Shown in pieces: positions 40,109 to 50,841 of a DNA stretch of 64,000 bases. This DNA comes from Opitutaceae bacterium (GTDB taxonomy: Bacteria > Verrucomicrobiota > Verrucomicrobiia > Opitutales > Coraliomargaritaceae): assembly GCA_051252375.1 (NCBI GenBank), contig JBPOFY010000003.1, forward strand, positions 288,001 through 352,000, in the 5' to 3' direction. The notes under the pieces were generated by a model. It did no database searches, was not told the DNA's origin, and worked only from the letters and a program-made list of their open reading frames with translations. The first letter of the stretch is position 1. The number at the start of each line of letters is the position of its first letter. A program made the position numbers and the translations under genes.

Positions 40109-42487
40109 TTAGCGTCCGTTCCAAGTGTAGCTGTCACCCTTGGCGAGTTTGACTTCCTTGGTTGCGTTGCCGTAGCGAAGCTTGAGTGGGTTGCCCACTA
40201 ACGAAGTGATCTTAGCTTCAGTTAGTTTGCCATCCTTCCATGCGATATCGACTTCGAAACCGCCGCGTGCGCGGAGTCCTGTGACAGAGCCAGTGGGCCA
40301 AGCCTTCGGATGTGCAGGTAGGAGTTCGACATCACCGGCGTGGCTCTGTAGGAGCATTTCAGCAATAGCGGCAGTGCCACCGAAGTTACCATCGATTTGG
40401 AACGGAGGGTGGGTGTCGAAGAGGTTGTCCAAGGTGCCTCGGGTCAGCAAGGTGCGGAGTAGTATGTGAGCGCGTTCGCCATTGTGAAAGCGTGCCCAGA
40501 AGTTGGTTTTCCAGCCCATGCTCCAACCTGTGCTCTTGTCGCCGCGGGCTTCTAACGATTTGCGGGCGGCTTCGTAGAATTCGGGTGTGTCGTTCTTGTT
40601 GATCTGGCGTCCCGGATGCAGACCGTAGAGGTGCGAAACGTGGCGGTGCTTCGGATCTTTTTCGCCGTAGTCTTCGATCCACTCCATCAGGCGGCCAGTC
40701 TTCTCACTGATTTGCATCGGTTGGAGTTGCGCCAGTGCCGTTTCAATTTGCTTGCGAAAAGCGCTATCGAAATTTCCAGTGCTATCAAGGACCGCGTTGG
40801 CTTCGAGTAGATTCGTAAAGAGATCATAGATGATTTGTAAATCCATCGTTGAGCCGTAGGTGAAATCAGACATGCTGCCATCGGCTTTGATGAATGTATT
40901 TTCTGGTGAGTAAGAGGGGTTCGTTACCAGTTTTCCTTCGCCAGCAATTCCGGATGGAGCTACTGAGATGAAGTCCAATATGAACTCTGCTGCACTCTTC
41001 ATGATCGGGTAAGCACGGTCTTTGAGGAACTCTTCGTCTCCCGTAAACCAGTAGTGCTCCATAAAGTCGCGAGACGTCCAAGCGGCACCCATCGGCCAGA
41101 CACCATGCACGCCGTCGGCAGGGGTGGTCATGCCGTAGATATCGGACAGGTGATGCACGACCCAACCGTCAGCACCGTAGTGTTTTTTCGCGGTTACTTC
41201 GCCATAGGGAACGAGGCTTTCGATATAATCGAAATAGGGCAGGTGGCACTCGGATAGGTTGGCGACCTGCGCGGGCCAGTAGTTCATCTGGAAGTTAATG
41301 TTCAGGTGGTAGTCGCTGTTCCAGGGTGCCTTATAATTTTGGTTCCATTTGCCCTGCAAGTTGGCGGGTAGGTAGCCGGGGCGTGAGCTGCCCATGAGCA
41401 GGTAGCGGCCATACTGGAAGTAGAGCGCTTCGAGGTGGGGATCTTGCTCGCCTTTTTTCATGGCAGCCAAGCGATCATCGGTCGGCATCTTGACGGCATC
41501 CGTTGAGCCGAGGTCGAGCGACACACGATTGAACAAGTTCTGGTGGTCGGCAATGTGGTCAGCGAGAATTTGATCGTAGGGTTTTTGCCAAACTGGCTTG
41601 AGCACCTCTTCGCAGCGTTTGGTGGCGTCGGCCGAATAGTCTTCCGCATCTACATAACTGGTGGCGCCAGCCAGCAAGAGAGTCACTTCGTCGGCATCGG
41701 AAATGGTGATCACACCGTTTTCTGTTTTCACGTTGCCGCCCTCGACGCGTGGTAGGAGTTGTGCCTCGTAGTTGATTCCTTTTAGCTTACCTCGCAGGAC
41801 GATACGATTGCCTCGTTCTTCGCTCATCGTCGCGTCTTGACGGTCGAAGCGTGCGGTGAAGTTGATTTGGCGGGAACGATCAGCAGTCATACGGATGACA
41901 AGCACCTGATCCGGTTCACTCACGAATACGTCGCGAGTGAAGGTCGTGTTATTGACTCGGTAGCTCGTGCGTGCGATACCCGTAGTCAGGTCGAGCTCGC
42001 GGTGGTAGGATGCCACGGAATCGGCATCGGGAAAGTCGAAGAGTAGATCAGTCAACGTTTGGTAGGACTCGATTTTATGAGGACGCCCCAACATGGTTTT
42101 TCCTGCCAAACTCTTCGCCTCTTCGTTTTTGCCTTCGAAGAGTAGTGCCTGCACTTTAGGGAGCGCTTTCAACGCTTCCGGGTTATGGCGATCGATGTAG
42201 GTGCCTTCCCAGACTGTTTCTTCGTTTATCTGTATGCGTTCTTTGTCGACGCCGCCGAAGACCATCGCCGCGAGTCGGCCGTTACCGACTGGCAGGGCGT
42301 TGTTTTCCCATTTGGCAGCGGGCTCATCATACCAGAGCACCAAAGGTTGCTCGGGAGCTGACGCCTTGTCGGTGAAGTTGAGCTCGACCGTCGGGTTAAA
42401 CGATTCAGGCATCGTATGTTTGGCGGCGAAGGCAGCAATTGACATAAGCAGTAGGGCGGTGGAACAGAGCGAGGTGGCTTTCAACAT
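40109..42487 (-). CDS. GH95 alpha-L-fucosidase
   Basis: Signal peptide; [50 protein letters not shown]. Confidence 0.95.
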   Translation of the reverse strand: MLKATSLCSTALLLMSIAAFAAKHTMPESFNPTVELNFTDKASAPEQPLVLWYDEPAAKWENNALPVGNGRLAAMVFGGVDKERIQINEETVWEGTYIDRHNPEALKALPKVQALLFEGKNEEAKSLAGKTMLGRPHKIESYQTLTDLLFDFPDADSVASYHRELDLTTGIARTSYRVNNTTFTRDVFVSEPDQVLVIRMTADRSRQINFTARFDRQDATMSEERGNRIVLRGKLKGINYEAQLLPRVEGGNVKTENGVITISDADEVTLLLAGATSYVDAEDYSADATKRCEEVLKPVWQKPYDQILADHIADHQNLFNRVSLDLGSTDAVKMPTDDRLAAMKKGEQDPHLEALYFQYGRYLLMGSSRPGYLPANLQGKWNQNYKAPWNSDYHLNINFQMNYWPAQVANLSECHLPYFDYIESLVPYGEVTAKKHYGADGWVVHHLSDIYGMTTPADGVHGVWPMGAAWTSRDFMEHYWFTGDEEFLKDRAYPIMKSAAEFILDFISVAPSGIAGEGKLVTNPSYSPENTFIKADGSMSDFTYGSTMDLQIIYDLFTNLLEANAVLDSTGNFDSAFRKQIETALAQLQPMQISEKTGRLMEWIEDYGEKDPKHRHVSHLYGLHPGRQINKNDTPEFYEAARKSLEARGDKSTGWSMGWKTNFWARFHNGERAHILLRTLLTRGTLDNLFDTHPPFQIDGNFGGTAAIAEMLLQSHAGDVELLPAHPKAWPTGSVTGLRARGGFEVDIAWKDGKLTEAKITSLVGNPLKLRYGNATKEVKLAKGDSYTWNGR

Positions 42488-42669
42488 GTGGTTTGTATGT
42501 TTGATGGTGGGGGGGATAGCATTTTTAGCACTTATGCTAAGTTAGATAATTGAGAAGATACTCAGATAGAGGGGGCAATCAAGCGGCACTTAGGCTAACC
42601 TGTTACTTTGAGCTATATTTTCCGAGTTTTGTGTGCTATTTAATGACCTGAATAGAGACATTTTTCGAT

Positions 42670-42748
42670 GTAGCCGCCTCACTCTGTTGAGGCGTTCGTC
42701 AGATTTCGCTAATTAGAAGCAAACACGGCAGCAGAGTGCCGTGGCTAC
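42670..42748. repeat. GTAG-type REP doublet in the divergent GH95/LacI intergenic region
   Basis: + strand GTAGc-cgcctca-ctctgt-tgaggcg (42670-42694) and - strand GTAGc-cacggca-ctctgc-tgccgtg (42748-42724). Confidence 0.75.
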
Positions 42749-42793
42749 AATTCTCGAGTCCTATTTTATACAGAATACTCTAAGCCATTTTTC

Positions 42794-43861
42794 ATGAAAA
42801 AATCAGAATCAGAAAAGATAGAAGGAGCGGAGCATCGTCGTGTGACGCTGCGTGATATTGCTGCCGAAATGGGTATTTCTCACGTCACTGTTTCGAAGGC
42901 ATTGCGAAATCTGTCTGGCGTATCAGATGCCTTGAAAGTAAAGATTCAAGCCAAGGCGGATGCGATGGGCTATGTGCCGGATCCCTTACTGTCTTCCCTG
43001 TCTCGCTATCGAGCGACTAGCCACACGAAACCGATCCAATCCGTGATCGCGTGGATCAACCCGTGGGACGATCCTGACCGGCTACGTCAGCACCACAATG
43101 AATTTGATCTCTATTGGCAGGGTGCCAGTGACTGTGCGAGAAGGCTGGGGTATCAACTTGAGTCATTCAATACGACTGAAACTCCGCTTTCGAGGCTGCA
43201 GTCCATTTTCAAAGCCAGAAGTATTCAAGGCATTCTGATTCCCCCGCTTCTTGAAAGCACATTTGAACTGGGGCAAATCGATTGGTCAAATTTTGCGATT
43301 GTGCGTTTGGGGCAGGCTGTTGCTGGTCCGAAAATGCACTTCGTGGGCAGTGCTCAGCTTGCCAATGCTATGTTGGCCTTCGACCGTGCGCGTGCTCTGG
43401 GGTATCAACGAATCGGATTCGTGTGTGAATATTGGCCCAAACGTTTGTTTGGTGCCGGATATAGCTGGGCGCAACGAGTGCTTCCAGAGACAAGTCGGCT
43501 TCCTTTGCTCGCTCTCAATTCGGATGATTCTTTTGAGTGCCAACAGGCCGTGTTCGAAGTATGGCTGCAGGAAAACCAGCCCGATGCCATTATCACTGAT
43601 AATAGTGAAACGCGTGAGATGCTCGAGAATCTTAGCTACTCGATTCCTAGTGATGTGGGTCTTGCGACCACGAGTGTTCACGACACGACGATTGATACAG
43701 GTATCGATCAAAGCCCCTACGAAATCGGTCGGGCTGCAGTACGCATGCTAACCGCGTTGATTGCGGAAAAAAGTTTTGGTCCGCCGGAGCGGTGCAATGA
43801 AACGTTGATCGAAGGCAAGTGGATCGATGGGACAATGCTGCCTCGTTTGAGATCTGGGTGA
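42794..43861 (+). CDS. LacI-family transcriptional regulator
   Basis: HTH VTLRDIAAEMGISHVTVSKALRN...MGYVPDP; RALGYQRIGF; GIDQ...IGRAAV. Confidence 0.92.
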   Translation: MKKSESEKIEGAEHRRVTLRDIAAEMGISHVTVSKALRNLSGVSDALKVKIQAKADAMGYVPDPLLSSLSRYRATSHTKPIQSVIAWINPWDDPDRLRQHHNEFDLYWQGASDCARRLGYQLESFNTTETPLSRLQSIFKARSIQGILIPPLLESTFELGQIDWSNFAIVRLGQAVAGPKMHFVGSAQLANAMLAFDRARALGYQRIGFVCEYWPKRLFGAGYSWAQRVLPETSRLPLLALNSDDSFECQQAVFEVWLQENQPDAIITDNSETREMLENLSYSIPSDVGLATTSVHDTTIDTGIDQSPYEIGRAAVRMLTALIAEKSFGPPERCNETLIEGKWIDGTMLPRLRSG

Positions 43862-43927
43862 GTGCTTCGGACGGTAAGTCGAATAATTATTATTCACTTC
43901 TACGAGTGCGCGTGGTTTCATCGTGCT

Positions 43928-44686
43928 ATGAATAGATTAACTCGTGGGGTGATTGGTATAAGAGCATGGATGTTTGCCGGAGCTTTGTGCTTGGTCAGTT
44001 GCTTCGCTGGGGCCGACGAACTCGTATCCGGTCAGGTTTTAGATAATTTCGTGGAGACGAAGGCCTGGCATCTGGTGAACCATGTGTCATTGAATGGTGA
44101 GGATGCTAGCAAGTTTGAGAGTTCGGCTAACGCACGTGGCAAAATACTGCTCAACGCAGACACTCGAGTAAAAAGACTGCCGTATCTACTGACTAAAAAG
44201 AGTTTTGGCGATGTTGATTTGACCCTCGAGTTTATGATTCCTAAAGACTCGAATGCAGGCATCTACTTGATGGGGCGCTACGAGGTGCAGATTCTCGACA
44301 GCTATGGAAAGAAAGAGGTCAAGTTTAGTGACATCGGCGGCATCTATGAGGAATGGGCTAGGAAGGGTGTCGATATTGGAGATCGTCCTCTCTACGCGGG
44401 ATCGGCTCCGCTAGTAAATGCTGCCAAAGCTCCGGGTGAATGGCAGCGACTGGATATTCGTTTCCGTGCGCCACGCTTTGATCGTGATGGTACTAAGGTT
44501 GAAGACGCTCGATTTGTTTTTGTCTATCTAAACGGCGAGTTGGTGCAGAAAGACGTTTCCGTTCCGGCACCGACGGTGTCGAATCCTGTTTCGGGGGAGG
44601 CTGAAACTGGACCGATTGCAATTCAGGGAGATCATGGTCCCATCGCGATTCGCAGTTTTATGGCTAGGCCTACACCTTCGAAATAA
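43928..44686 (+). CDS. DUF1080 (3-keto-glycoside hydrolase-like) secreted protein
   Basis: FGDVDLTLEF, SNAGIYLMGRYEVQILDS, PGEWQ, GPIAIQGDHG; start at MNRLT (43928). Confidence 0.88.
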   Translation: MNRLTRGVIGIRAWMFAGALCLVSCFAGADELVSGQVLDNFVETKAWHLVNHVSLNGEDASKFESSANARGKILLNADTRVKRLPYLLTKKSFGDVDLTLEFMIPKDSNAGIYLMGRYEVQILDSYGKKEVKFSDIGGIYEEWARKGVDIGDRPLYAGSAPLVNAAKAPGEWQRLDIRFRAPRFDRDGTKVEDARFVFVYLNGELVQKDVSVPAPTVSNPVSGEAETGPIAIQGDHGPIAIRSFMARPTPSK

Positions 44687-44767
44687 GGTTATCAGCAAGA
44701 CTCGACGGTCAAAGTATGTAGTCTACGCAGTGCTTTATTGATGCCGTCCAGGGTTTGGATTGGACGA

Positions 44768-44796
44768 GTCATGCGCTTGAATTGAGCGCAGCTTGC
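44768..44796 (+). promoter_or_regulatory. Copy 3 of the 29-bp upstream motif (gtcatgcgcttgaattgagcgcagcttgc)
   Basis: 25/29 identical to 9168-9196(-); about 173 bp upstream of the 44969 start; its 3' end overlaps a -35-like TTGCAT. Confidence 0.65.
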
Positions 44797-44968
44797 ATTG
44801 CGCATCCAGATCGGTAGTGTGATGCGACTAATACCCTATAAGTAATTAACCCTATATAATTGCATGCTCCTGATGAATAGTTCACCTTAGGGTTTCTATT
44901 CTGATGTATGTAATGTTTAAATGTCCCCGATGCGTTTATTCACCCTGAATGTATCCTCCCTCCCCTAT

Positions 44969-47900
44969 ATGTCCCTATCTATAAAAACTGTCTCCGCAGT
45001 CTTACTCCTGCTTGCTGGGGCGGCACAAGCTGCCGTCATTACTTGGGGCACTCCCACCGACTATTCAGCACCGTCTGATGTGAGAGCCGATGGCGTGCTC
45101 GTGGAGGCGTTTAATTTGACCGGTATAGTGGGAGCGGCGAGCCCGACGGTGAATGGTGTGACTTTTGTTGCCAACTCGACGATCTTGCCCGACGACGCGA
45201 CGACGGATTTCCTCGACGGTGATACGGGGGATGCTGACTATAATCAGCTCCTCAACAGCCTCGACTATGGATCGACGACTAGCTTTCAGTTCGGCGGTGG
45301 CAATCTTGAGTCCGGAAAGGATTATATTATTCAGGCTTGGTATGTGGACGAACGCTCAAGTTCAGATGCCCGCGCGATGCAGTTTGGTGATGGCAATGGC
45401 AATCTGAGTGGAGAAGTGAATGATCAGTATGTAGTCGGCACTTTTACTGCAAACGGCAACAACCAGACAATTACGATCGCTGGCACTAGTAGCAGCCCGC
45501 ACTTCACTGCGTATCAAATTCGCGATCTGAGTAGTGCGATCGCTACGCTATCTACGAGCGCTGGCGAAACCGTAACCACGATTTTTTCGATCGACGTTGA
45601 TTTCTCTGAGAGTGTCACAGGTTTAGTCGCTGGTGACTTTACGGTGGTGAATTGCTCGATTTTAAGTGTCAGTGGTTCTGGCGCAAGTTGGTCGGCTACA
45701 GTGAGCCCCACTGGAAATGGTGATTTGCAGGTGACTTTGCCTGCGAATTCGGTTCTCGATGGCGATTCGCACGGGAACGTTGCTTCTAATACAATTCTTA
45801 CGACCTACGTAGCGCCAGGTTCTGAGCAACCGGTGCCGACTCTGAGTACAACGGCGACGGATGTCACAGGGGACTACACCGTAAACATCAATTTCAGTGA
45901 GCCAGTGACCGGTCTGGACCTCAGCGACTTTGCTCTTACGAGTGCAACGGTGTCCAATTTGTCAGGATCGGGTGCTAGTTATTCTGTAGTCGTGTCGCCC
46001 AACTTCGGAGGCGACGTTACGATTAACCTCCCCAAGAACTCCGTGACGGATACAGATGGAGATACTTTAAAGAACGTGGTTTCGAACCAGTTGACCAATG
46101 CCTATTTTATTACGGTCACGGTGAATACTCCGGATGCACTGCTTCCTTATCTGGATCAGGACAATATCACTGCGACGCTGACTGCGGGCACCTACACGAT
46201 TAATGCGGCGGATGTGAATAGCACATACGGCACCCCTCGCTTTGAATTCTGGGGAAGTAACAGCACCTACGATTTTACCGGTGTGACGCTCAACTTTGCG
46301 GCCGACATTTACGATTCCGGATTGAGTATGAGCCATATGCAAATCTTCGGGAATAATAATGTCCTAAAGAACCTGACCATGATCGACCTCTGCGATAAGT
46401 ATGGCACTGCGGGTAAGGACGGCGGCGTCAACCTCATCATCGACGGTGAATACAACCGAGTGGAAGGTTTCTACTTCGAGATTCGAGGTTCTTATCCCTA
46501 TGGCTACGGTGATAGTTTTGGCAAAGGAGGCACTTATACGATCAAGCACTGGAAGCACAGTGGAGTGTTGGTTCGGGGTAATTACAATCACCTGCTGAAC
46601 TGTACTTTGATGCAGGAGTCCTACGGGCACTGTATTTTCATGCAGGCGGCTAGTAATCCCACAATTGAAGGTTGTTATGTTGAAGCGGAGACAGTCACGA
46701 CCGATGATATTTTGGCGGAGACTTCGGGGCCGGCTTTCGATATCAACTTCTTAACCGTATGGGGCTTCACGCTCCCAGCAGGATATACGAAAAGCACCTC
46801 GGAGGCTGGCATCCGCGCCTATAACGCTGGTAATACTTACATTAACGGAGCATGGATTTCCCGGGGAACGAACGACCCGACTGTCCTTAACAATACACTC
46901 GTTAATACTCGGGTAGGGGTGACGTTGACCCACGCATCAGGCTTTAAGTATGTGGAAGGCTGCACAGCCATTGGCACAGAACGAGGCTATGCCATCGGTT
47001 CCGGTGTTATTAAAAACTGCTTCTCCGATGTGAAGCACGGGCCGGCATTCGGTGTCGATTATGAGTCCGACAGTGGCGTCATTGCAGACATCACGATTCT
47101 CCCGCACGATGGTGCCAACTACAATGGGAGTAAGCACGTTGCCTATATTATCGGCACGAATCACAATTTGACCTTCCGCAGCACAGTGCAAAACCCTGAG
47201 CAGGTGCTCGAAATTAACGTCGGAGGAGATAAGCGCATAATCAGCGAAAGTACCGTTACGGAGGACTTTCTCGCCAATGATAATGTCATTAACAATTTGA
47301 CCGGCTATCCCTTGGTTGTGGATGACAATACCACTGGTAACACGGGGCAGTCGATTGGCACGATAACAGATGCCGGCACTTTAAACAGTTTCACCACTCG
47401 CACTTGGAGTGTTCTTACAAATTTGGCTTTTGAGGGGACAGCGACGCAAAGTTCCGATGCTTACGATACCATCGCATCACTCGCTACAGACCAGAATACC
47501 AGCGGGGACTTTGCCAATGGCTCAGTCACGCATACGAATGTTGAAGCGCAACCATGGTGGAGGATTGATCTGGAGGGCACTTACGATATCTCCGAAATCA
47601 AAATCTGGAATCGCACTGGTTCGAATCAAGCTCGATTGAGTGATTTCGATGTGACGATACTCGATCAGAATGAGCAGCAAGTCTGGACGAACTATCAGGC
47701 GAATTACCCGGATCCATCTATTTCCTTATTACCAGATGCTCTTGGGCGTTATGTCGTCATTCAACTACGGGGAACAGATCCTCTTAGTTTGGCTGAAGTC
47801 GAGATATTTGGAACCGCTGCCGATGGCCCCACTGGCCTAACTGCTGACTCAAGCTCTAATCAGGTCGTTCTCGACTGGGGCGCTGTGGCCGGTGCTACGG

Positions 47901-48967
47901 GCTACACTGTAAAACGCGCCACAACCACAGGAGGCCCTTATACCACAATTGGCACTCCGACTGGCATCACCTTCACCGACAGCACTGCCTCTAGCGGTAC
48001 CTACTATTACTACGTAGTCACCGCCACGGTTAGCGGCAGTGAGACCGGGTCCAGCAATGAAGTGATTTCCATTATCGGCTCAGCCCCTGCGAAATTTGTC
48101 GTCGGTTCTGGTGATATCACCGCAAGCACCTTTCAAGCTGGCAATGTGCCCGACAACACCATCGATGGTAATCCGGGAACGCGCTGGTCTGCGCAGGGTG
48201 ATCCTCAATGGATACGCTACGATTTAGGTTCCGTGCAAAAAGTGCACTCTCTCCAGATCGCTTGGCACAATGGCGATACGCGTTGGTCGAGTTTCCATAT
48301 TGAAGTTTCCGATGACGAAACGAATTGGACTGCAATCACCGCAACCCAGCAAAGCTCTGGACTCACCACTGCATTGGAACCAGTCGATGTTCCAGATACG
48401 CTCGCTCGTTACGTTCAGATCGTCGGGCATGGCAATGAGAGCAACACTTGGAATAGCATCACCGAAGTGGAGATTTGGGGCACCACTCCGTTATCTAATG
48501 AAGTTTGGCGACAACAATATTTCGGTGACTACATCAATACTGGAGACGGAGCCGATATGGCGAACCCGGACTCCGATTCATTGGTCAACATGCTGGAGTT
48601 CGCCTTCGGCACCGATCCGATGGTCAGTGATGCGGGTGCAATGACAGTGGATGAAGTCGGCGGCACCTTCACCCCTGGCACGCCAATAGTCGATGTAGAG
48701 TTTGCTCCGTTTTCTGTAACGGCATGCTTCATACGTCGTGTTGATTATGCCAGCTCAGGTATTACCTATACGGCCCAGTTTAGCAATGAACTCAGCACAT
48801 GGGAGGACGTGGACGGTAGCACGGCGGCGAGGATATCAGGTGTCCCAGAATCTAATGACTATGAGGCTGTGGAATTAAGCTACCCAGTCTTCCTCTCCAA
48901 CGGTAGAAAAGCTCGTTTCTTCCGCGTGCAAATTAACGATACGGCCTCTGGCAATACGCAGCCCTAA
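44969..48967 (+). CDS. Modular secreted PL43 fucoidan lyase: unknown N-domain, 2 Ig-like domains, PL43 beta-helix, F-type (fucose) lectin, FN3, F5/8-C (CBM32-like), C-terminal putative sorting domain
   Basis: Signal peptide from MSLSIKTVSAV; PL43 motifs YGDSFGKGG, YGHCIF, SEAGIRAYN, TRVGVTLTH (~46109-47398); F-lectin HX26RxGx4R with PWWRIDL; TRWSAQGDPQWIRYDLG. Confidence 0.85.
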   Translation: MSLSIKTVSAVLLLLAGAAQAAVITWGTPTDYSAPSDVRADGVLVEAFNLTGIVGAASPTVNGVTFVANSTILPDDATTDFLDGDTGDADYNQLLNSLDYGSTTSFQFGGGNLESGKDYIIQAWYVDERSSSDARAMQFGDGNGNLSGEVNDQYVVGTFTANGNNQTITIAGTSSSPHFTAYQIRDLSSAIATLSTSAGETVTTIFSIDVDFSESVTGLVAGDFTVVNCSILSVSGSGASWSATVSPTGNGDLQVTLPANSVLDGDSHGNVASNTILTTYVAPGSEQPVPTLSTTATDVTGDYTVNINFSEPVTGLDLSDFALTSATVSNLSGSGASYSVVVSPNFGGDVTINLPKNSVTDTDGDTLKNVVSNQLTNAYFITVTVNTPDALLPYLDQDNITATLTAGTYTINAADVNSTYGTPRFEFWGSNSTYDFTGVTLNFAADIYDSGLSMSHMQIFGNNNVLKNLTMIDLCDKYGTAGKDGGVNLIIDGEYNRVEGFYFEIRGSYPYGYGDSFGKGGTYTIKHWKHSGVLVRGNYNHLLNCTLMQESYGHCIFMQAASNPTIEGCYVEAETVTTDDILAETSGPAFDINFLTVWGFTLPAGYTKSTSEAGIRAYNAGNTYINGAWISRGTNDPTVLNNTLVNTRVGVTLTHASGFKYVEGCTAIGTERGYAIGSGVIKNCFSDVKHGPAFGVDYESDSGVIADITILPHDGANYNGSKHVAYIIGTNHNLTFRSTVQNPEQVLEINVGGDKRIISESTVTEDFLANDNVINNLTGYPLVVDDNTTGNTGQSIGTITDAGTLNSFTTRTWSVLTNLAFEGTATQSSDAYDTIASLATDQNTSGDFANGSVTHTNVEAQPWWRIDLEGTYDISEIKIWNRTGSNQARLSDFDVTILDQNEQQVWTNYQANYPDPSISLLPDALGRYVVIQLRGTDPLSLAEVEIFGTAADGPTGLTADSSSNQVVLDWGAVAGATGYTVKRATTTGGPYTTIGTPTGITFTDSTASSGTYYYYVVTATVSGSETGSSNEVISIIGSAPAKFVVGSGDITASTFQAGNVPDNTIDGNPGTRWSAQGDPQWIRYDLGSVQKVHSLQIAWHNGDTRWSSFHIEVSDDETNWTAITATQQSSGLTTALEPVDVPDTLARYVQIVGHGNESNTWNSITEVEIWGTTPLSNEVWRQQYFGDYINTGDGADMANPDSDSLVNMLEFAFGTDPMVSDAGAMTVDEVGGTFTPGTPIVDVEFAPFSVTACFIRRVDYASSGITYTAQFSNELSTWEDVDGSTAARISGVPESNDYEAVELSYPVFLSNGRKARFFRVQINDTASGNTQP

Positions 48968-49008
48968 TGGGAGAGCGATACACCTCCCACGCACTTCAGT
49001 TTTTTAAT

Positions 49009-49638
49009 ATGAAATTTCGACACTTCTTCCTTTTATTACTCTTTTGGTTCCTCAGTAGTGGTGCCGTCTCGGCGATCATCTTAAGCTTCGAAGCAGATGG
49101 TGGTATCGATATTCCGATTTCGAACGATGGTGTTTATTTGGACTTCACCGACTCATCTAACGCCTCTGCTTATGCGATCTCGACTTCGTTCACGAGTAAT
49201 TGGGACATCAACCCCTTCTACGGAGGCGCCGCTGTTGGCAGCAGTGACACCTTTCTGCCAGTGCTTGCCAGCACAGCTACCAACTCCGCTGTCTTAAATT
49301 TAACGCAAGGCACTCAAGTCGGTCCATCCAGCTCCTTCCCGGCAAGCTATAGTGGCTCTACAGGCCATATGGGCCCAGCTGCCTTGGAATTCGAAAGCGG
49401 AACTTCTGGCTATATCGGCTTTCTTCTCAATCCGGGTGTTGACGATTATTATGGTTGGATTCAGCTCACTTTAAATGACGACGGCACGACCGGCACTATC
49501 CATCAATGGGCATGGGAAACTTCAGGCGGTGCTATCACAGTAGGTGCTGTGCCAGAGCCAAGTAACGTAGCACTTCTGTTCGGCCTAGGTGTTTCATTCT
49601 TTATGCTCACACGTCGTCGAGCGATGGCGACTGTCTAA
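49009..49638 (+). CDS. PEP-CTERM sorting domain protein
   Basis: Signal peptide; C-terminus VPEPSNVALLFGLGVSFFMLTRRR. Confidence 0.92.
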   Translation: MKFRHFFLLLLFWFLSSGAVSAIILSFEADGGIDIPISNDGVYLDFTDSSNASAYAISTSFTSNWDINPFYGGAAVGSSDTFLPVLASTATNSAVLNLTQGTQVGPSSSFPASYSGSTGHMGPAALEFESGTSGYIGFLLNPGVDDYYGWIQLTLNDDGTTGTIHQWAWETSGGAITVGAVPEPSNVALLFGLGVSFFMLTRRRAMATV

Positions 49639-49649
49639 CTTTTACTACT

Positions 49650-50531
49650 GTGGCAAAAGAGAAGATCGAATCTTACTATTTTATCTTTGGTCAATCTTTC
49701 CCTCGTGGCGAGTTGATTAAGTTAGGTGTTATAGGGCTGCTCATTCTCTTTGCTTTAGCGAGCGGCGGCTATTTTATTTATAAGGACTGGAAGGAAGGCC
49801 AAGTTAACAAAATTGAGCAGGTTGAGTCCGCAATCGAACTCGAGGCAAAAGAGGCTCAGTCTCTGTCGCCTTTGGGGCTCTTTTATAAGCGCTACCTTGA
49901 GCAATCACAAATGAGCGAAGTGCAGAGTATTCGTGCCGTGGGTCGTTACCAGTCGGGTGAACATGTAATGGACTTAGTGTTTCTTGCGAAGCGCCCATCA
50001 CTCTATAAACAGCGTATTAGTTATCAGCGTCATGTTATAGAAGTGGGTTCCAATGGGGAGGATGTGTGGCTTCGCCAGACAGAACCTCCTTTGTTAGACG
50101 TCAGCAGCGAGAGCTTGCAGCATTTTAACGAATCACTCGCATTGCTCGAGAGCACGATACCCTGTATCGCATGGCTATTTGAAGATGGAGTAGCGGGCGA
50201 GGTCTTGGAGCTCAGGCCAGATGCCGACTGGAATGGACGCCCATGCTCGGTAATTAAAAACAACGGTTTGATTCCTGGCACAGCTGTCTATCATTACTTT
50301 GATAAAGAGACGGGGTTCGAGCACTATCGTCGGGCTGCGATTCGAGTCGATGAGCGTCGCTTTAGAGATGCGGAACTCTTTTTTTCTGAACCACTGGAAG
50401 ATGCCTACGGCTTACCTTCCAAAGTCGAGTTGCTCGTCGATGGTCGAGTATTCTACAAAATATCCTTCGAAAAGATTCTAGTGAACCAAGGCTTGCCCGG
50501 CTTTCTTTTTGAAAAAGGAGAAGAGTTTTAA
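49650..50531 (+). CDS. Membrane-anchored hypothetical protein, possibly LolA/LppX-like fold
   Basis: 293-aa ORF 11 bp after the PEP-CTERM gene; N-terminal TM; pattern AKRPSLYKQRI...VGSNGEDVW...YFDKETG...VNQGLPGFLFEK reminiscent of lipoprotein-sorting folds. Confidence 0.55.
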   Translation: MAKEKIESYYFIFGQSFPRGELIKLGVIGLLILFALASGGYFIYKDWKEGQVNKIEQVESAIELEAKEAQSLSPLGLFYKRYLEQSQMSEVQSIRAVGRYQSGEHVMDLVFLAKRPSLYKQRISYQRHVIEVGSNGEDVWLRQTEPPLLDVSSESLQHFNESLALLESTIPCIAWLFEDGVAGEVLELRPDADWNGRPCSVIKNNGLIPGTAVYHYFDKETGFEHYRRAAIRVDERRFRDAELFFSEPLEDAYGLPSKVELLVDGRVFYKISFEKILVNQGLPGFLFEKGEEF

Positions 50532-50550
50532 CTTCCGTTCGAAATGTGAT

Positions 50551-50841
50551 TTATTCAGTAAGCCAAATAGGCATATCTTGTTCGTCGAGGCATAGGGCTC
50601 CGGCGCGGTGAAGTAAGGGTGGGGATCCTGGTAGTTCAGGGGCAGGAAGAAGGGCTCTCCGGTAGCGTGGCGGCGATCGATGTAGTCCAAACCGGCGGTG
50701 GTGAAGCGCTCAGTTACATTCCAAGGGCTATCGTCCGCGAGGGTGCCAGAACTCCAGCTGCGCACATAAGTCCGGATGTCGTCCATATTACCGAGGCAGT
50801 AGTCTTCGCCTTCGTCGTAGTGCAGGCCGATGGCGCCATCG
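50551..50841 (-). pseudogene. Internally deleted, truncated copy of the sulfatase at 56492..57907
   Basis: 50551-50589 matches the sulfatase 3' end (LDEQDMPIWLTE* vs LDEQDMPIWSTE*). 50585-50841 matches about 57331-57586. The pieces join at TCGAG, omitting 805 bp, and the 5' part of the gene is absent. Confidence 0.9.

Noticed and set aside
50478..50786. 102-aa ORF as a functional small sulfatase
   Set aside because: It is the frameshifted pseudogene fragment; it lacks the CxPxR motif and reads into unrelated sequence overlapping the neighbouring gene.
50585..50841. Diversity-generating retroelement template/variable repeat pair with 57331-57586
   Set aside because: Mismatches involve all four bases, are mostly synonymous and are not adenine-specific on either strand; no reverse transcriptase in the window.
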